From NCBI GenBank assembly GCA_963750165.1, contig CAVVPN010000003.1, positions 3,008,001-3,072,000 on the forward strand: a stretch of DNA of 64,000 nt, in the 5' to 3' direction. Shown here one piece after another: positions 63,303 through 64,000 of this stretch (position 1 is its first letter; each line of letters starts with the position of its first letter). The notes beneath the pieces are model-generated. The model worked only from the letters and a program-made list of their open reading frames with translations, was not told the DNA's origin and did no database searches. This stretch comes from an uncultured Gemmataceae bacterium (GTDB taxonomy: Bacteria > Planctomycetota > Planctomycetia > Gemmatales > Gemmataceae). Position numbers and translations under genes: made by a program.

Positions 63303-64000
63303 ATGTCCAAATTCTGGCAACACTTCATCAACAACGGCGACCCGCCGCCCGCCGCCGTGCCGCCGCCTCCCGATCCACCCTCCGAGAGCGAAGCCCTCGA
63401 TGCCTATTCGCGCGTGGTGGTCCGCGTCGCGGAGTCGCTGCGGCCGGCGGTGGTCCACCTGCGCGTCGGCCGCAACCGCGGTGAAGGTGCCGGCTCCGGC
63501 ATCCTGTTCACGCCGGACGGCTTCCTGCTCACCAACGCCCACGTCGTCGGCAACAAGGACAAGGTGAAGGTCCGCCTCGGTGACGGCCGTGAGTTGACCG
63601 GCCGTCTGGTCGGCACCGACCCGTGGACCGATTTGGCGGTGGTGCAGGCGGACGCCCTGGCGCTGCCGTTCGCGCAGCTCGGCGACTCGGGGCAGTTGCG
63701 CGTCGGCCAGCTGGTGGTGGCGATCGGCAACCCGCTGGGCTTCGAGTCCACGGTGACGGCCGGGGTTGTCAGCGCCACCGGCCGCACGCTGCGCAGCATC
63801 ACCGGCCATCTCGTAGACAATGTTATCCAGACCGACGCGGCCCTGAACCCAGGCAACAGCGGCGGCCCGCTGGTGGACAGCAAGTGTCAGGTGATCGGCA
63901 TCAACACGGCGGTCATCATGCCGGCGCAGGGGCTGTGCTTCGCGATCCCGATCAACATGGCCAAGCACATCCTGCCGCAGTTGATGAAGCACGGCCGGGT
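63303..64000 (+). CDS. HtrA/DegP-like trypsin serine protease (3'-truncated by window edge)
   Basis: ATG 63303 with GAGGAG RBS; GSG, TNAHVV, DLAV and [15 protein letters not shown] motifs. Confidence 0.92.
   Translation, partial: MSKFWQHFINNGDPPPAAVPPPPDPPSESEALDAYSRVVVRVAESLRPAVVHLRVGRNRGEGAGSGILFTPDGFLLTNAHVVGNKDKVKVRLGDGRELTGRLVGTDPWTDLAVVQADALALPFAQLGDSGQLRVGQLVVAIGNPLGFESTVTAGVVSATGRTLRSITGHLVDNVIQTDAALNPGNSGGPLVDSKCQVIGINTAVIMPAQGLCFAIPINMAKHILPQLMKHGR

Overview
High-GC bacterial chromosomal window, very probably Planctomycetota (Gemmataceae-like). This is inferred from the DUF1549/1553 and DUF1080 proteins, 'LExRxVPa' extracellular leaders, an ECF sigma + Ser/Thr kinase pair and three Hanks kinases. 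The left ~46 kb is a mix of housekeeping, signalling and envelope genes: smpB, split eukaryote-like coaB/coaC, LytS/LytTR, a membrane-anchored sigma54 activator facing a sigma54 promoter, and two DUF4214 surface proteins. The right ~17 kb holds a group 1h (Hhy, high-affinity) [NiFe]-hydrogenase cluster: hypFCDE, hhySL, nifU-like, hha-type accessory genes, yceI, maturation protease and hypAB. Most notable observations: (1) a secreted Pro-rich protein with a single in-frame TGA in an L-*-G-P-G-G-C motif just after its signal peptide (candidate selenoprotein/readthrough), which shares a C-terminal domain with a nearby lipoprotein; (2) REP hairpins nested inside several kinds of IS-like terminal inverted repeats, one with a 9-bp target duplication, plus REPs inside coding 3' ends; (3) a conserved twin-DYNTYW C-terminal tail and a shared promoter in the DUF4214 paralogs. 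Several genes carry single-base frameshifts that look like long-read assembly errors. No rRNA, tRNA or CRISPR array was seen. All family calls come from motif recognition by eye, not database searches.
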